From the NCBI GenBank assembly GCA_963782055.1, contig CAWAIF010000003.1:1632001-1696000 (forward strand): 64,000 bases of DNA, given 5' to 3'. Shown here in pieces: positions 40,342-50,524 of the stretch (the first letter of the stretch is position 1; each line of letters opens with the position of its first letter). The notes beneath the pieces are model-generated. The model did not search any database and was not told the DNA's origin. It saw only the letters and a list, made by a program, of their open reading frames with translations. A program made the translations under genes and the position numbers. Source of the stretch: an uncultured delta proteobacterium. GTDB lineage: Bacteria; Myxococcota_A; Polyangia; Polyangiales; Polyangiaceae.

Positions 40342-40716
40342 TCAGTGGCACCCGCCGTTGTCACACGAGGTGGAGCCGTGGGGGCAGTCGGCGAGCGTCT
40401 GGCACACGATCGGCGAGCAGTCGCCCCCGTTGCTGGTGCTGTTGTTGCCGGAGCAGCAGGCGGCGCAGACCGCCCTGGGACCGATGACGGCGGTCGAGCC
40501 GCTCGGGGCGTCGCCCAGTACGAAGCACGCGGTCGCGCCGCCGGAGCAGCCGCCCGTCGGGCTCGGTGTCTGGTCGCACGAGATCGTCAGGCTGCCGGTG
40601 TCGGGGACGGTGCAGGTGCGGCCGGCCTGATCTTTCACGGTGACGCCGGAGCTGGAGCTGCAAGCAGCGGCGACGACGCCGACCAGGGCGATCGCAAACG
40701 AGAGGTTGCTGCGCAT
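40342..40716 (-). CDS. Small Cys-rich lipoprotein
   Basis: Lipobox AAAC, 12 further Cys; TAGGCT 6 nt before the ATG. Confidence 0.75.
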   Translation of the reverse strand: MRSNLSFAIALVGVVAAACSSSSGVTVKDQAGRTCTVPDTGSLTISCDQTPSPTGGCSGGATACFVLGDAPSGSTAVIGPRAVCAACCSGNNSTSNGGDCSPIVCQTLADCPHGSTSCDNGGCH

Positions 40717-40778
40717 GAGGTCAGCCTACCGCGCTCCGGCGTCCGGCGACGCCGTTTCCCGGATCAGGATGCGCCGGC

Positions 40779-41894
40779 TCACCCCCTCCTCTCCGGAGGC
40801 GTCGGGGCCGCACACGCGGCAGGCGCGACGTCGATCGGCGTGCCCGGGAAATAGCGTTTGTGCGCCCACAGGGAGACGTTCACGAGGCTGATGAGCACGG
40901 GCACCTCCACGAGCGGACCGATCACGGCTGCGAAGGCCGCCCCGCTGTGGATACCAAAGCTGGCGATGGCAACGGCGATCGCCAGCTCGAAGTTGTTCGA
41001 CGCCGCCGTGAACGAGAGCGTGGCCGTCTGCTCGTAGTCCGCGCCGACGCGCCTGCTCATGAAGAAGGACACGGTGAACATGACGACGAAGTAGATGAGC
41101 AGCGGGGCGGCGATGCGGAGCACGTCGAGCGGAAGCTTCACGATGGTCTCGCCCTTCAGCGAGAACATCACGACGATGGTGAACAAGAGCGAGACGAGCG
41201 TGATCGGGCTGATTCTCGGCACGAAGGCCTTCTCGTACCAGTCGCGCCCCTTCGCCCTCACGAGCACGCGACGCGTGAGGAACCCCAGAGCGAATGGCAC
41301 GCCGAGGTAGATGCTCACGCTCTTCGCGATGTCGCCGATACCGATGTGGACGACGGCGGCTTCGAGCCCCAGCCACGTGGGCAGCAGCGTCGCGAAGAAG
41401 TACGCGTAGAAGGAGAAGAACAGCACCTGGAAGATCGAGTTCAACGCGACGAGCCCGGCGCAGTACTCGGTGTCGCCCTTCGCGAGGTCGTTCCACACGA
41501 TGACCATCGCGATGCAACGCGCGAGGCCGACGAGGATGAGGCCGACCATGTACTCGGGCTTGTCGCGCAGAAACAGGACGGCGAGCCCGAACATCAGCAG
41601 CGGGCCGATCACCCAGTTTTGAACGAGCGACAGCGCCAGCACCCGCTTGTTGCGGAAGACCTTCCCGAGCTGTTCGTAACGGACCTTCGCGAGCGGCGGG
41701 TACATCATCAAGATGAGGCCCACCGCGATCGGGATGGATGTCGTCCCCACGCTCAAGCGGTTGAGCGCCGTCGTGAAGCCCGGGGCCAGGAAGCCGAGGC
41801 CCACCCCGAGACCCATCGCGAGGAAGATCCAGAGCGTCAGATAGCGATCGAGAAAGGAGAGCTTGCCGAGGAGCCCGGCCTTCGCGGTGTGCAT
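40779..41894 (-). CDS. acr3: ACR3 family arsenite efflux transporter
   Basis: [50 protein letters not shown]. Confidence 0.96.
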   Translation of the reverse strand: MHTAKAGLLGKLSFLDRYLTLWIFLAMGLGVGLGFLAPGFTTALNRLSVGTTSIPIAVGLILMMYPPLAKVRYEQLGKVFRNKRVLALSLVQNWVIGPLLMFGLAVLFLRDKPEYMVGLILVGLARCIAMVIVWNDLAKGDTEYCAGLVALNSIFQVLFFSFYAYFFATLLPTWLGLEAAVVHIGIGDIAKSVSIYLGVPFALGFLTRRVLVRAKGRDWYEKAFVPRISPITLVSLLFTIVVMFSLKGETIVKLPLDVLRIAAPLLIYFVVMFTVSFFMSRRVGADYEQTATLSFTAASNNFELAIAVAIASFGIHSGAAFAAVIGPLVEVPVLISLVNVSLWAHKRYFPGTPIDVAPAACAAPTPPERRG

Positions 41895-41940
41895 GTCTAC
41901 TCCGCTCCCTGGCCTTCGCCGGGCCAGGGGTCGGCCCACA

Positions 41941-41970
41941 AAGAGAAGAGCCCCGGCAAAAGCCGAGGCT
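41941..41970 (-). terminator. Intrinsic terminator-like hairpin after the tRNA
   Basis: Minus strand AGCCTCGGC-TTTT-GCCGGGGCT followed by CTTCTCTT. Confidence 0.6.
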
Positions 41971-41973
41971 TCT

Positions 41974-42050
<77 letters not shown>

Positions 42051-42064
42051 TCGTGAGGAGGGGC

Positions 42065-42092
42065 AACATACTTGCGCGCGGCCCGGTGTCAA
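42065..42092 (-). promoter_or_regulatory. Sigma70 promoter of the tRNA
   Basis: TTGACA-N16-TATGTT followed by a GC-rich discriminator. Confidence 0.75.
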
Positions 42093-42134
42093 GGCCGCTC
42101 GTGGAGCGGCCGATGATCGCGGCCACATCCGGCC

Positions 42135-42575
42135 TCAAGGACGCGTGCCCTCGCCATCGCCTGACGGACGCCGCCGCCGTTTGGGCGGCGGCCAGCGCGA
42201 CCGGAGGATCGCGATGACGCCGGTGATGAAGGGAAACACTCCCATGGTGGCGCCGGCCATCAGGGCCATGCGCGCCTCCTGTTTCGACTGCCGGTGCAGC
42301 TCCTCGTAGTCGTCCCGGGTGATGCCGCGGTCGAGCTGCTCGCTGTGCGTCTCGGAGCGCGCGAACGTCATGGCGACGGCCCCCGCCATGTCACAGCCCA
42401 TGGCGCAGACGAGCGCCAGCCAGCCGAAGCCTGCCGCGACGGTGTGCCACCGCCGCGCGATCACCACCCCGAGCACGCCGACCACCGCGCCTGCGGCGAA
42501 CAGCGCGAGGATGATCAGGAAGGGCAGCGGGTCGTCCTCCACCACGCTCGTCCATGTCGGCTGCTCCAGCTCCAT
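42135..42575 (-). CDS. 3-TM hypothetical protein (tandem paralog 2)
   Basis: EDDPLPF...GAVVGVLG...LGW/FGW...CD..G.. layout shared with 42710-43102. Confidence 0.7.
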   Translation of the reverse strand: MELEQPTWTSVVEDDPLPFLIILALFAAGAVVGVLGVVIARRWHTVAAGFGWLALVCAMGCDMAGAVAMTFARSETHSEQLDRGITRDDYEELHRQSKQEARMALMAGATMGVFPFITGVIAILRSRWPPPKRRRRPSGDGEGTRP

Positions 42576-42709
42576 CCGCACCCCCGCGAAGCTTCCAGGA
42601 TAAGGCGTCGCTGCGCGGCGCGTAAGGATCGAACGTCCAAAAGTGAGAACCGGCCGCTGGGTCGGAGGACGCAAGTCGTTCGTCGCCGGCGACGCTTGCG
42701 ACGAACGCG

Positions 42710-43102
42710 CTATCTGCGCGCGGCGTGTGCCTTGGCCTGCGCGATGGCGATGACTCCGACGGCGAAAGGTATGATGCTCATCATAATCCCGGCCACCAGG
42801 CAATAGTGGCCCTCCAGCTCGGCGTGGGCCTGGACCGCCTCCACGTCGGCAAGGGTCATGCCGCGGACCAGCGCGCTCAGCGGCGGCTCGGCCGACTCCG
42901 CGACGAACATGGTGAGGAGGCCGACGGCGTCGCACACGGTGGCGATGCCCACCGCGACCCAGCCGAGCTTGCGGCTGGTCGCGCACCGCCTTCGCGCCAT
43001 CGAGATCCCGGCGACGCCGAAGGCGGCACCCATCGCGAACAACACGCCCATCGCGACAAACGGCAACGGGTGCTCCTCGAGCACGCCAAGAAGCTGACTC
43101 AT
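42710..43102 (-). CDS. 3-TM hypothetical protein (tandem paralog 1)
   Basis: EEHPLPF...GAAFGVAG...LGW...CDAVG...RGMT..D.E...PF..GVIAI; GGGAGGG SD. Confidence 0.7.
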   Translation of the reverse strand: MSQLLGVLEEHPLPFVAMGVLFAMGAAFGVAGISMARRRCATSRKLGWVAVGIATVCDAVGLLTMFVAESAEPPLSALVRGMTLADVEAVQAHAELEGHYCLVAGIMMSIIPFAVGVIAIAQAKAHAARR

Positions 43103-43222
43103 GTTCCCTCCCCTGATGCAGCAAAGGGGAGAGTAGGCAATTGAAGCCGATTGGGAAGACCCGAAGGGGATAATTCCGGGTGCACCATTTTCGGCGCTCT
43201 CGAGGAGGCGTCGCGCCTCGTG

Positions 43223-44041
43223 TCACCGCGCCCGGGCGCGCTCCAGCTCCTCGGGGGAGTGAGCGCAGAAGACGCGCACGTCGGAGTGCTCGCGCGCGAG
43301 CAAACGCAGCCGACCCAGGTTCTGCCGTCGCGCGTCCAGGTCCATCGCGATGGCGGTCTGGAACAGCTCCAGCAGGGGAGGGGCCACCGCGCCCCGCGTG
43401 ATCTCGCGCTCGTGGAAGTAGGCGTCGCCGGCGTGGAGGAGCCAGTCGTCGCCGTCGCGCACCGCGATCCCGGCGTGCCCCAGGGTGTGGCCGACGAGCG
43501 GCACGATCGCGACGTCGGCGTCGAGCCCTTCGATCGGTCGGACGGCCTGGAATCCCTTCCATGTGTCGCCGCCCAGATCGTGCCGCCGCCACTTCACGTC
43601 GTGGGCCCACTCGGCGGAGACGTAGCGCCGGCGTTCGATGAGGGTGCGGCGCGCCACGGCGGCCTCGTGCTCCGGGGCGTAGAGGTGCACCTCGGCGTCG
43701 GGGAAGTCGGGCAGGCCCCCGGCGTGGTCGACGTCCAGGTGGGTGACGATGACGTGCCGAACGTCCTCGCGCGCGAAGCCGAGCGCCTCGATCGCGCGGA
43801 GGGCGGTGGAGCGCGTGCCGCCGCGAGCGGCGAGCAGCCGCCGCGACGCGGCGTCGATGCGGCGCGCCGTGTCCTCGTCGGCGGCGAAGAGGCCGGTGTC
43901 CACCAGGACGAGCCCGCGGTTGGTCTCGACGAGCAGGCAGTGGCACACCAGCCGCGCCTGGCGGAAGAGCGCGCCGCCGGAGAGCAGGCCACCACCGAGG
44001 GGGCACATCGTCACCGCGTCGAAATGGTGGACCCGAGGCAT
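43223..44041 (-). CDS. MBL-fold metallo-hydrolase
   Basis: LVDTG, THLDVDHAGG, GHTLGH, HAGDAYF, FCAH. Confidence 0.92.
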   Translation of the reverse strand: MPRVHHFDAVTMCPLGGGLLSGGALFRQARLVCHCLLVETNRGLVLVDTGLFAADEDTARRIDAASRRLLAARGGTRSTALRAIEALGFAREDVRHVIVTHLDVDHAGGLPDFPDAEVHLYAPEHEAAVARRTLIERRRYVSAEWAHDVKWRRHDLGGDTWKGFQAVRPIEGLDADVAIVPLVGHTLGHAGIAVRDGDDWLLHAGDAYFHEREITRGAVAPPLLELFQTAIAMDLDARRQNLGRLRLLAREHSDVRVFCAHSPEELERARAR

Positions 44042-44069
44042 GCGTCACCGTTAGCACGAAGCCGCGCGG

Positions 44070-45056
44070 TTACGGCGTCACGAGGAACGCCGGGACGTCC
44101 GGCACCTTGTCCAGGATCTTCAGGTCGACGAGCTGCTCGCCCAGGAGCTGCCAGCGCGCCTTCGTCATCGACCCGACCGGCGCGCCCCCCTCCGGCTGGA
44201 CGAGCTTCTGCTGCGCGGCCGCGGCGCCGGCGAAGGTGGCGGCGTCCATCGCCGGGTTGAGCTTCTGCATCGCCGCGTTGGCGGGCGCCGGGTCGGCGAG
44301 GTAGGCCTTCCAGCCTTCGCGCGCGGCCTCCACGAAGGCGCGCACGTCGGCCCGCCGCGCCTCGAAGGTGGCGCGGCTCACGATGACCACGCCCACGTAG
44401 GGGTTGAAGCCCTCGTCGGCGACCAGGAAGACCTGCGGATCGCCGCCCTTCTTCTTCGCCGCGAGCGGCTCGGCGGTGACGTAGCACTGCTGCGCGTAGT
44501 CCCTGTCGACCATGAAGCGCGCGACGCCGCCGTCGTACGGGACGATGGAGACCTTGCCGAAGCCGTACTTCTTCTTCAGGAACGCCGCGTACGGCAGGCC
44601 GGGCTCGATGGCGAGGGTGCCGGAAGAGAGCACGTCGCCGAGGGTCTTCGCGCCGCGCGAGGCGTGGACCATGATGCCTTGCGGGGAGGTCTGGAAGGTC
44701 GCGAACACCGGCAGCACGTCGGCGCCACGCGCGCGGGCGGTGAGGATCTCGTCGGCGCCGGCGACGCCGAGCTCCACCTTGCCGCTCGCCACCTGCTGCA
44801 CCACCGGCGCGCCCGCGCCGCCGCCCTGGATGGTGACGTCCAGGCCGTGGCGCGCGAAGGCGCCGGACTCGCGCGCGGCGTAGAAGCCGCCGAACTCCGG
44901 CTCGGGGACCCAGTCGAGGGCGAGGGTGAGGTGCGCGTGGGTCGCGCCGTCCTGCGCCGCGGGCGCGGGGTGCTTCCTGGAGCAGGCAACGATTGGCAGG
45001 AGAAGCGGCAGCGCCCAGGCGAGCCATCCGAGGACGAAACGGCGCGCGTCGGTCAT
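44070..45056 (-). CDS. ABC transporter substrate-binding lipoprotein (NMT1/THI5, NitT/TauT type)
   Basis: Lipobox IVAC; LALDWVPEPEFGGFYAA, GLDVTI, FQTSP; start uncertain (45062 GTG or 45056 ATG). Confidence 0.9.
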   Translation of the reverse strand: MTDARRFVLGWLAWALPLLLPIVACSRKHPAPAAQDGATHAHLTLALDWVPEPEFGGFYAARESGAFARHGLDVTIQGGGAGAPVVQQVASGKVELGVAGADEILTARARGADVLPVFATFQTSPQGIMVHASRGAKTLGDVLSSGTLAIEPGLPYAAFLKKKYGFGKVSIVPYDGGVARFMVDRDYAQQCYVTAEPLAAKKKGGDPQVFLVADEGFNPYVGVVIVSRATFEARRADVRAFVEAAREGWKAYLADPAPANAAMQKLNPAMDAATFAGAAAAQQKLVQPEGGAPVGSMTKARWQLLGEQLVDLKILDKVPDVPAFLVTP

Positions 45057-45074
45057 CGGCACGGGACGCTAGCA

Positions 45075-46185
45075 CGGCGACCGACCTGGATCCGGAGGAG
45101 CTGTTTCAGACGCTCGCGACCATCTCGACCGGTGCCGAGCCGGACATCCAGCACAACGTGGCGGTGCGCCAGCAGCTCACGCAGCAATACCTGCCCCTCG
45201 TTCCGACGATGGTCTACCCGCCCGACCCGTCCTTCCTCGTGGGGAACCTGATGACGGCGCGGCTCCACGTGGGGGACTTCTGGGGGGTGCCCGACCCGAC
45301 TGGCCCGGGCGCCATCCCTGGCCCGAATGGAAGCGTCAAATCCGTGAAGGTCGTTCAGGACGGGATCTGCTCCCAGGATCTCGCCTATGTCACCGCCGAC
45401 CAGACCGGACTGCTCGACCAGATCGGCGACGGTGCGTACGGCGGCTTCCGTGACCTGGTTGCCCGCGGAGAGGCTGGCGGGGTTGGCTGCACCAAGCGCT
45501 ACTGGTCGAACGTCGTCCCCTACCTCCACCAGAGCGCGGCTCGTGAAGATGCCGATGGCGGGTTCTTCTTCCGCTTCGCGTACGAGTTCAACGCGAACGT
45601 CGTCGCCTCGACCGCCGTCATCTTCGAGTACAACGTGGCGTACCGGTGGCGGCTGCTCGACGGCATCGTCGACGTGGACCCGATCTTCAGCGATGACTCC
45701 TACCGGGATGGGACGGGCCGCCAGGCCATCGAGCAGGCCGTCACGGATCTGTTGCTGAAGGCCAACGACGAGACGGTCCACCAGAGCGACCTGATCAACC
45801 CGGCGCCCATGACTCTCGCCAAGGAGGTGCACGACATCGCGGCGGAGAAGCAGCGCCTCTACTCCTTCGTCCCCAGCAATGATCCGAAGGACCCATACAA
45901 GTACGCCATGACGTGCGATCCGATCGAGACGCACCCTCAGCCGGGCTTCCACGACGTGCTGGACGATCGCGTTCCCAGCCAGCCGCCGTCGGGAGCGAAC
46001 CTGTGCCAGGGATTCGTCATGCAGATGGAGAACTTCGTCCAGGGAGCGTATGGCGTCGTCACACCGCCGCTCTCGAGTCTCGAGCAGCAGCGGGTCATCC
46101 AGACCATCACGGAGGTGGACTCCGACGGCTACTACAAGCACTTCCGGTGCGCCCATCGAGAGGGGCCGCCGCTGCCCAATGGCAA
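45075..46185 (+). pseudogene. Fragment of an unknown gene, 5'-truncated and cut by an IS
   Basis: About 370 codons of protein-like open frame, visibly less GC-rich than its flanks, no clear start, ends at the IS left end. Confidence 0.55.
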
Positions 46186-47617
46186 GGGTGGAGATCTGAC
46201 CGTGACGCCCGATCGCGCGGGAATTAACGCGATCCGTCGTTCGTTCGCGGCGGCATGATGATCCCGAACCGAGTGACGGCCGCGCGAGCGGCCACGAGTG
46301 TCCCGCCGAGCGAGCCGTCGACCCTGGAGAAACTGCGGAAGTTCGTCGAAACTCACCGGATGAAGGAGAAGATGGGGCCGCAGGCGTTCGCCCAGTTCGA
46401 GAAGGAGCTGCACGAGCGGATGATGGAGGCGGAGCGCGACATCGTGGCCGCGGAGATGAAGCGGCTCGATGTCGACGCCGACGCGGTGGTGATCGACGGC
46501 AAGGTCCATCGCCGGGTGCTGCGCGCGTCGCAGACGTACATCACGTCGGCCGGCGAGGTCGTCGTCGAGCGCACGCTCTACAAGGACCGGAAGGACGAGG
46601 ATGGACGCTGCGTGAGCCCGATGGAGCTGACGCTCGGCGTGATCGGCGACTTCTGGACGCCGCGCGCCGCGCAGCAGGCGCTCTGGGTCGCCGCGCAGAT
46701 GACGCCGAAGAAGGGGGCCGAGTTGTTCGAGCGCATCGGGAACATGGCGCCATCCAAGAGCAGCCTCGATCGGCTGCCGAAGCTCGTCGCCAAGCGTTGG
46801 GAGGGCGATCGCGAAGCGTTCGAGGCCGCGCTCCGCGACGGCCTCCAGGTGCCCGAGGGTACGACCTCGATCGCCGTCTCGCTCGACGGCGTTCTCGCTC
46901 CGATCGACGGTGCGAACAGCCCGACGGAGGTGCGCGCAAGAGCCGCCGACGAAGGACGTCTGAGCAAGGGGCCGGCCGGATACCGCGAGGCGAGCTGCGC
47001 AACGATTCTCGTTCTGCGACGACAAGGGCGATCTGCTCGGCGCGATTCGCATGGCGCGCGCGCCGGAGGCGAAGAAGAAGACCTTGAAGGAGATGCTGGC
47101 CGCCGAGATCGCCGCCGTCCTCCGACGCAAGCCCACGCTGAAGCTCGTGAAGGTCGCGGACGGCGCGGCGGACAACTGGCAGTACCTCTCGTCGGACGCG
47201 CTGCCGGCCGGCGACGAGGTCGTCGACTTCTTTCACGCGAGCGAGCATCTGCATGCAGCGATCGCCGAGGCATACGGCGACGCGACGCACGAGACGCAGT
47301 TCCGCTACGCGACGCTCCGCGACACGCTGCGCGACGAGGAGGACGGCGTCGACAAGGTCATCCGCGCCCTCAAGCACCTCGCGAGCAAGCACTCGCGCAA
47401 GGCGATCATCGCGCGCGAGCTGGCCTACTTCCGCAAGCACAAGCGGCGGATGCGCTACTTCGACCTGCAGTCGAAGGGACTCATGATCGGCTCGGGCATC
47501 GTCGAGGCCGCATGCAAGACGCTCGTCACGCAGCGCCTGAAGCAGAGCGGGATGCGATGGAGCACGCCCGGCGCTCAGGCGATCCTCACGCCGCGCGGAT
47601 GGGACCAGAGCGAGCGC
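46186..47617 (+). mobile_element. ISKra4-like (UPF0236/mutator-type DDE) insertion sequence, frameshifted and 3'-truncated
   Basis: Transposase from 46255: SLDGV, GYREASC, KVADGA.DNW, DFFHASEHL, IGSGIVEAACK..V.QRLK.SGMRW; frameshift at GATTC 47004-47008; putative left end GGGTGGAGATCTGAC; no right end seen. Confidence 0.82.
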
Positions 47618-47621
47618 GACG

Positions 47622-47945
47622 TTCGCGACGATGCCGACCGATCCCGAGCCGGACATTGAGTACAACGTGGCTGTGCGCGAGCAACTCACGTAGCAGTACG
47701 TGTGCGCGGGTCGATCGCCAACGCATCCGTACAGCATGTGCCAGAACCTCCTGGGCACGCCGCAGACGACGTGGTGCACCGCGGCGGACCCCACCATTTG
47801 CGGGCAAGGACGTGGGTGTTTCATCTACACCGTGGACGGCCCATCGCAGTCGTTCGCCGACGCACATGGTGTCTGCATCGACATCGGCATCTGCCTCGCC
47901 GCCGGCCAGTCCTACCCGGGCGGCGCGAAGTGCGTGCATCAGTAG
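47622..47945 (+). pseudogene. Gene fragment: diverged copy of 45113-45190 (in-frame TAG) followed in frame by a Cys-rich tail
   Basis: 64/78 nt identical to 45113-45190; continues into ORF 47700..47945. Confidence 0.55.
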
Positions 47946-48733
47946 CCTGATCGGAAGGACGCGTGCCATCGGCGCAGCAGGAGGTAGCCCAGCAGGCTCA
48001 CCGCGCCGAAGAGCAAGAGGCCCAGGCCGGACGCGAAGCCGACCGCGGCGAAGAGCAGGTCGGTCCGGAGCTGGCGGTACGACGACAGGATGAGGATGCC
48101 CAGCCCCGCCCCCGACTCGGAGAAGCCGGCGACGAACTCGCCGACGATGGCCCCGATGACGGCGAGCCCGGCCGCCACGCGCAGGCCGGTGACGATGCTG
48201 GGCAGCGCGGAGGGGAGCTGCAGCTTGGTGAGCGTCGCCAGCCGCGAGGCGCCGTAGAGGCGGAACAGATCCCGCAGCGCGGGGTCCGCCGAGCGGATGC
48301 CGCTCAGCGCGCTGGCGATGACGGGGAAGACGGAGACGATGAACGCGGAGACGGTGACCGCGCGCATGCCCGCGCCGAACCACAGCACCAGGAGCGGCGC
48401 GATCGCCACGATGGGCACGGTCTGGAGGAACACCGTGTACGGGTAGAGCGCGCGCTCCATCGGTCGCGACGACGCGAGCACGATGGCCGCGAGCGTCCCG
48501 AAGACGGCCGAGAGCACGAAGCCGTAGAGCGCCGCGCGCGCGGTGACCGAGGCGGCGGCGAGCAGGGCAGGGAGCTGCGCTCCCGCGGCGCGCGCGACGG
48601 CCGAGGGCGGCGGGAGCAGGTACTCCGGCACGTGCAGCGCCCGGGCGAGCGCCTCCCACGCCCCGACCAGGACGACGAAGGCCGCCAGCGGGGGCAGCGC
48701 CGCCCGCAGGATCCGTCCGGCGCGCGAGGTCAC
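47939..48733 (-). CDS. ABC transporter permease (NitT/TauT)
   Basis: LLPPPSAV, QTVPIVAIAPL, LPSALPSI..GLR, GAIVGEF; GTGA-coupled to the ATPase gene. Confidence 0.93.
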   Translation of the reverse strand: MTSRAGRILRAALPPLAAFVVLVGAWEALARALHVPEYLLPPPSAVARAAGAQLPALLAAASVTARAALYGFVLSAVFGTLAAIVLASSRPMERALYPYTVFLQTVPIVAIAPLLVLWFGAGMRAVTVSAFIVSVFPVIASALSGIRSADPALRDLFRLYGASRLATLTKLQLPSALPSIVTGLRVAAGLAVIGAIVGEFVAGFSESGAGLGILILSSYRQLRTDLLFAAVGFASGLGLLLFGAVSLLGYLLLRRWHASFRSGY

Positions 48734-49500
48734 GCGCCCCCTCGTTCCAGCGCCTCGCGCAGGGCGCGGCACTCCTTCGCGAACGCCGGCTCGTCACGCA
48801 GCGCGACGTCGCGCGCGGCGGGCAGGTCGAGCGGGTGGTCCAGCACCACGCGAGCGGGCCGCTGCGACAGCACGACTGCGCGCTCGGCGAGGTAGGTCGC
48901 CTCGTCCACCGAGTGGGTGACGAAGAGCACCGTCAGCCCGAGGCGCCTCCACAGATCCCGGAGCTGATCGTCCAGGCGCTGCCGCGTCAGCTCGTCCAGC
49001 GCGGCGAAGGGCTCGTCCAGGAGCAAGAGGCGCGGGCCGGTCACCAGCGCGCGCGCCAGCGAGACGCGCATCCGCATGCCGCCGGAGAGCTCGGCCGGCA
49101 GGCGCGCGGCGGCGTCGGCGAGGCCCACGTCGGCGAGCACCGCGCGGGCCTTCTCGCGGCGCTCCCGCGCGCCCACGCCCTCCAGCTCGAGGGGCAGCGC
49201 GGCGTTGTCCACCACGTCGCGCCACGGCAGCAGGTGCGCGTCCTGGAAGACGAAGGCGACGCCCCCGTCGCGCGGCGCGGGCTCCAGCGTCACGGCGCCC
49301 GCGTCCGGCCGATCCAGGCCGGCGACCAGCCGCAGCAGGGTGGACTTGCCGCACCCGGAGGGCCCGAGCAGGGCGACGAAGGCGCCGGGCGCGATGTCCA
49401 GGTCCAGCGCGTCGAGCACCGCGCCGCCCTCCTCGAAGGCGCGCCCGAGCCCGGCGACGCGCACGCCGATGCCGCGCGTCTCTCCGCTCGCCGACGTCAT
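48730..49500 (-). CDS. ABC transporter ATP-binding protein (NitT/TauT)
   Basis: GPSGCGKST, LSGGMRMR, LLDEPF, FVTHS. Confidence 0.95.
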   Translation of the reverse strand: MTSASGETRGIGVRVAGLGRAFEEGGAVLDALDLDIAPGAFVALLGPSGCGKSTLLRLVAGLDRPDAGAVTLEPAPRDGGVAFVFQDAHLLPWRDVVDNAALPLELEGVGARERREKARAVLADVGLADAAARLPAELSGGMRMRVSLARALVTGPRLLLLDEPFAALDELTRQRLDDQLRDLWRRLGLTVLFVTHSVDEATYLAERAVVLSQRPARVVLDHPLDLPAARDVALRDEPAFAKECRALREALERGGA

Positions 49501-49521
49501 CGACTTCGCGTGTTAGCCCAT

Positions 49522-49560
49522 CTCCCCCTCTCCCGCGAGGGAGAGGGGAGTCGGGGGTGA
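49522..49560. repeat. REP-like palindromic element
   Basis: CCCCTCTCCC-GCGA-GGGAGAGGGG 10-bp stem followed by AGTCGGGGGTGA. Confidence 0.7.
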
Positions 49561-49562
49561 CG

Positions 49563-50390
49563 TCAGCGCTTCCGCAGCATGCTGCTCGCGTCCTTCGGCG
49601 AGAGGGCGCCCTCCGCCACGCGGTGCAGGATGCTCTCCACGTCGCGGTCGTCGCGCGGGGGCGTCGACGCGCCGCGCTGGCGGTAGGACTCGCGCACCTT
49701 GATGGTGCCGATGTCGGCGTTGAGCTCCAGCACCGCGGCCGCGCGCGGATCGGACGGGTACTCGACGCGCGCCGCGCCGAGCTCCGTCTTGGCCTTGATG
49801 TTGACGTTCATGCCGCGCGCCAGGTCGACCTTGATGGCCCCCACGCTGGTGTGGATGCGATGGGTGCCGGGCGCGAGCTCGGCAATCTGCAGGCGCACCG
49901 CGCCCGCGGTGGAGGAGATGTCGAAGCTGCCTTGCAGGTCCTCGCCGTCGATGCGCCCTGCCTGCGTCGAGGCGCGCACCGCGCCGTGGACGTCGTCCAG
50001 GCTGATGGCGCCGAAGTCAGTCTCCAGGACGACGGAGCAGCCCTCGAGGCGCTCGGCGTGGATGGTCCCGGCGCTGGAGCGCACGCGGCCGCGGAGCGCG
50101 GCGGGGACGTGCACGACGACACGCGCGCGGACGCCGAAGGCGAGCGGGCCGAGGCCGGTGTCGATGCGGACGCGGGTGGTGTCCGCCTCGGCGCGGATGT
50201 CGACGAGCACGCGCTCGCCGTCGCGGCCGAGCAGCTCCAGGAAGGGCGGCTCGTCGGGATCGAGCGGCACCAGGGTGATCTGCGCCGAGTCGCTCACCAG
50301 CTCCAGGTTGGGGTGCTCCGCGAGCGGAAGGGGGAAGCGCCGCTGCATGGCGTGCGCGCCGGGGGTGCTGGTCATCGTCTGCTGGGTCAT
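49563..50390 (-). CDS. DUF4097 beta-strand repeat protein with a short SHOCT-like C-terminal tail
   Basis: Repeated (T/S)xxGxI motifs; tail ILHRVAEGALSPKDASSML. Confidence 0.78.
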   Translation of the reverse strand: MTQQTMTSTPGAHAMQRRFPLPLAEHPNLELVSDSAQITLVPLDPDEPPFLELLGRDGERVLVDIRAEADTTRVRIDTGLGPLAFGVRARVVVHVPAALRGRVRSSAGTIHAERLEGCSVVLETDFGAISLDDVHGAVRASTQAGRIDGEDLQGSFDISSTAGAVRLQIAELAPGTHRIHTSVGAIKVDLARGMNVNIKAKTELGAARVEYPSDPRAAAVLELNADIGTIKVRESYRQRGASTPPRDDRDVESILHRVAEGALSPKDASSMLRKR

Positions 50391-50415
50391 GGTCGCCTCG
50401 CTTTGCCGCGTCCCC

Positions 50416-50431
50416 TGCGCGTCCCGTGCCG
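50416..50431 (-). promoter_or_regulatory. Possible sigma54 promoter
   Basis: Minus strand cGGCACGggacgcGCa (GG-N10-GC) upstream of the GAGG SD and ATG 50390. Confidence 0.5.
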
Positions 50432-50524
50432 AGGCCGATTTCCAGCACTTATGCGGCCCAAATCCGCATCAGGTTCGTGCCGGGTGCACCGGCTGCGGTC
50501 GCTTCGGCTAGCCTTGCACCCGGA

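Noticed and set aside
46990..47020. Programmed frameshift in the transposase
   Set aside because: No slippery heptamer; the site has the same GATC>GATTC pattern as non-IS genes
45113..47699. Diversity-generating retroelement TR/VR pair (78-bp diverged repeat)
   Set aside because: Only 3 of 14 mismatches involve A, so they are not adenine-specific, and no reverse transcriptase is in the window
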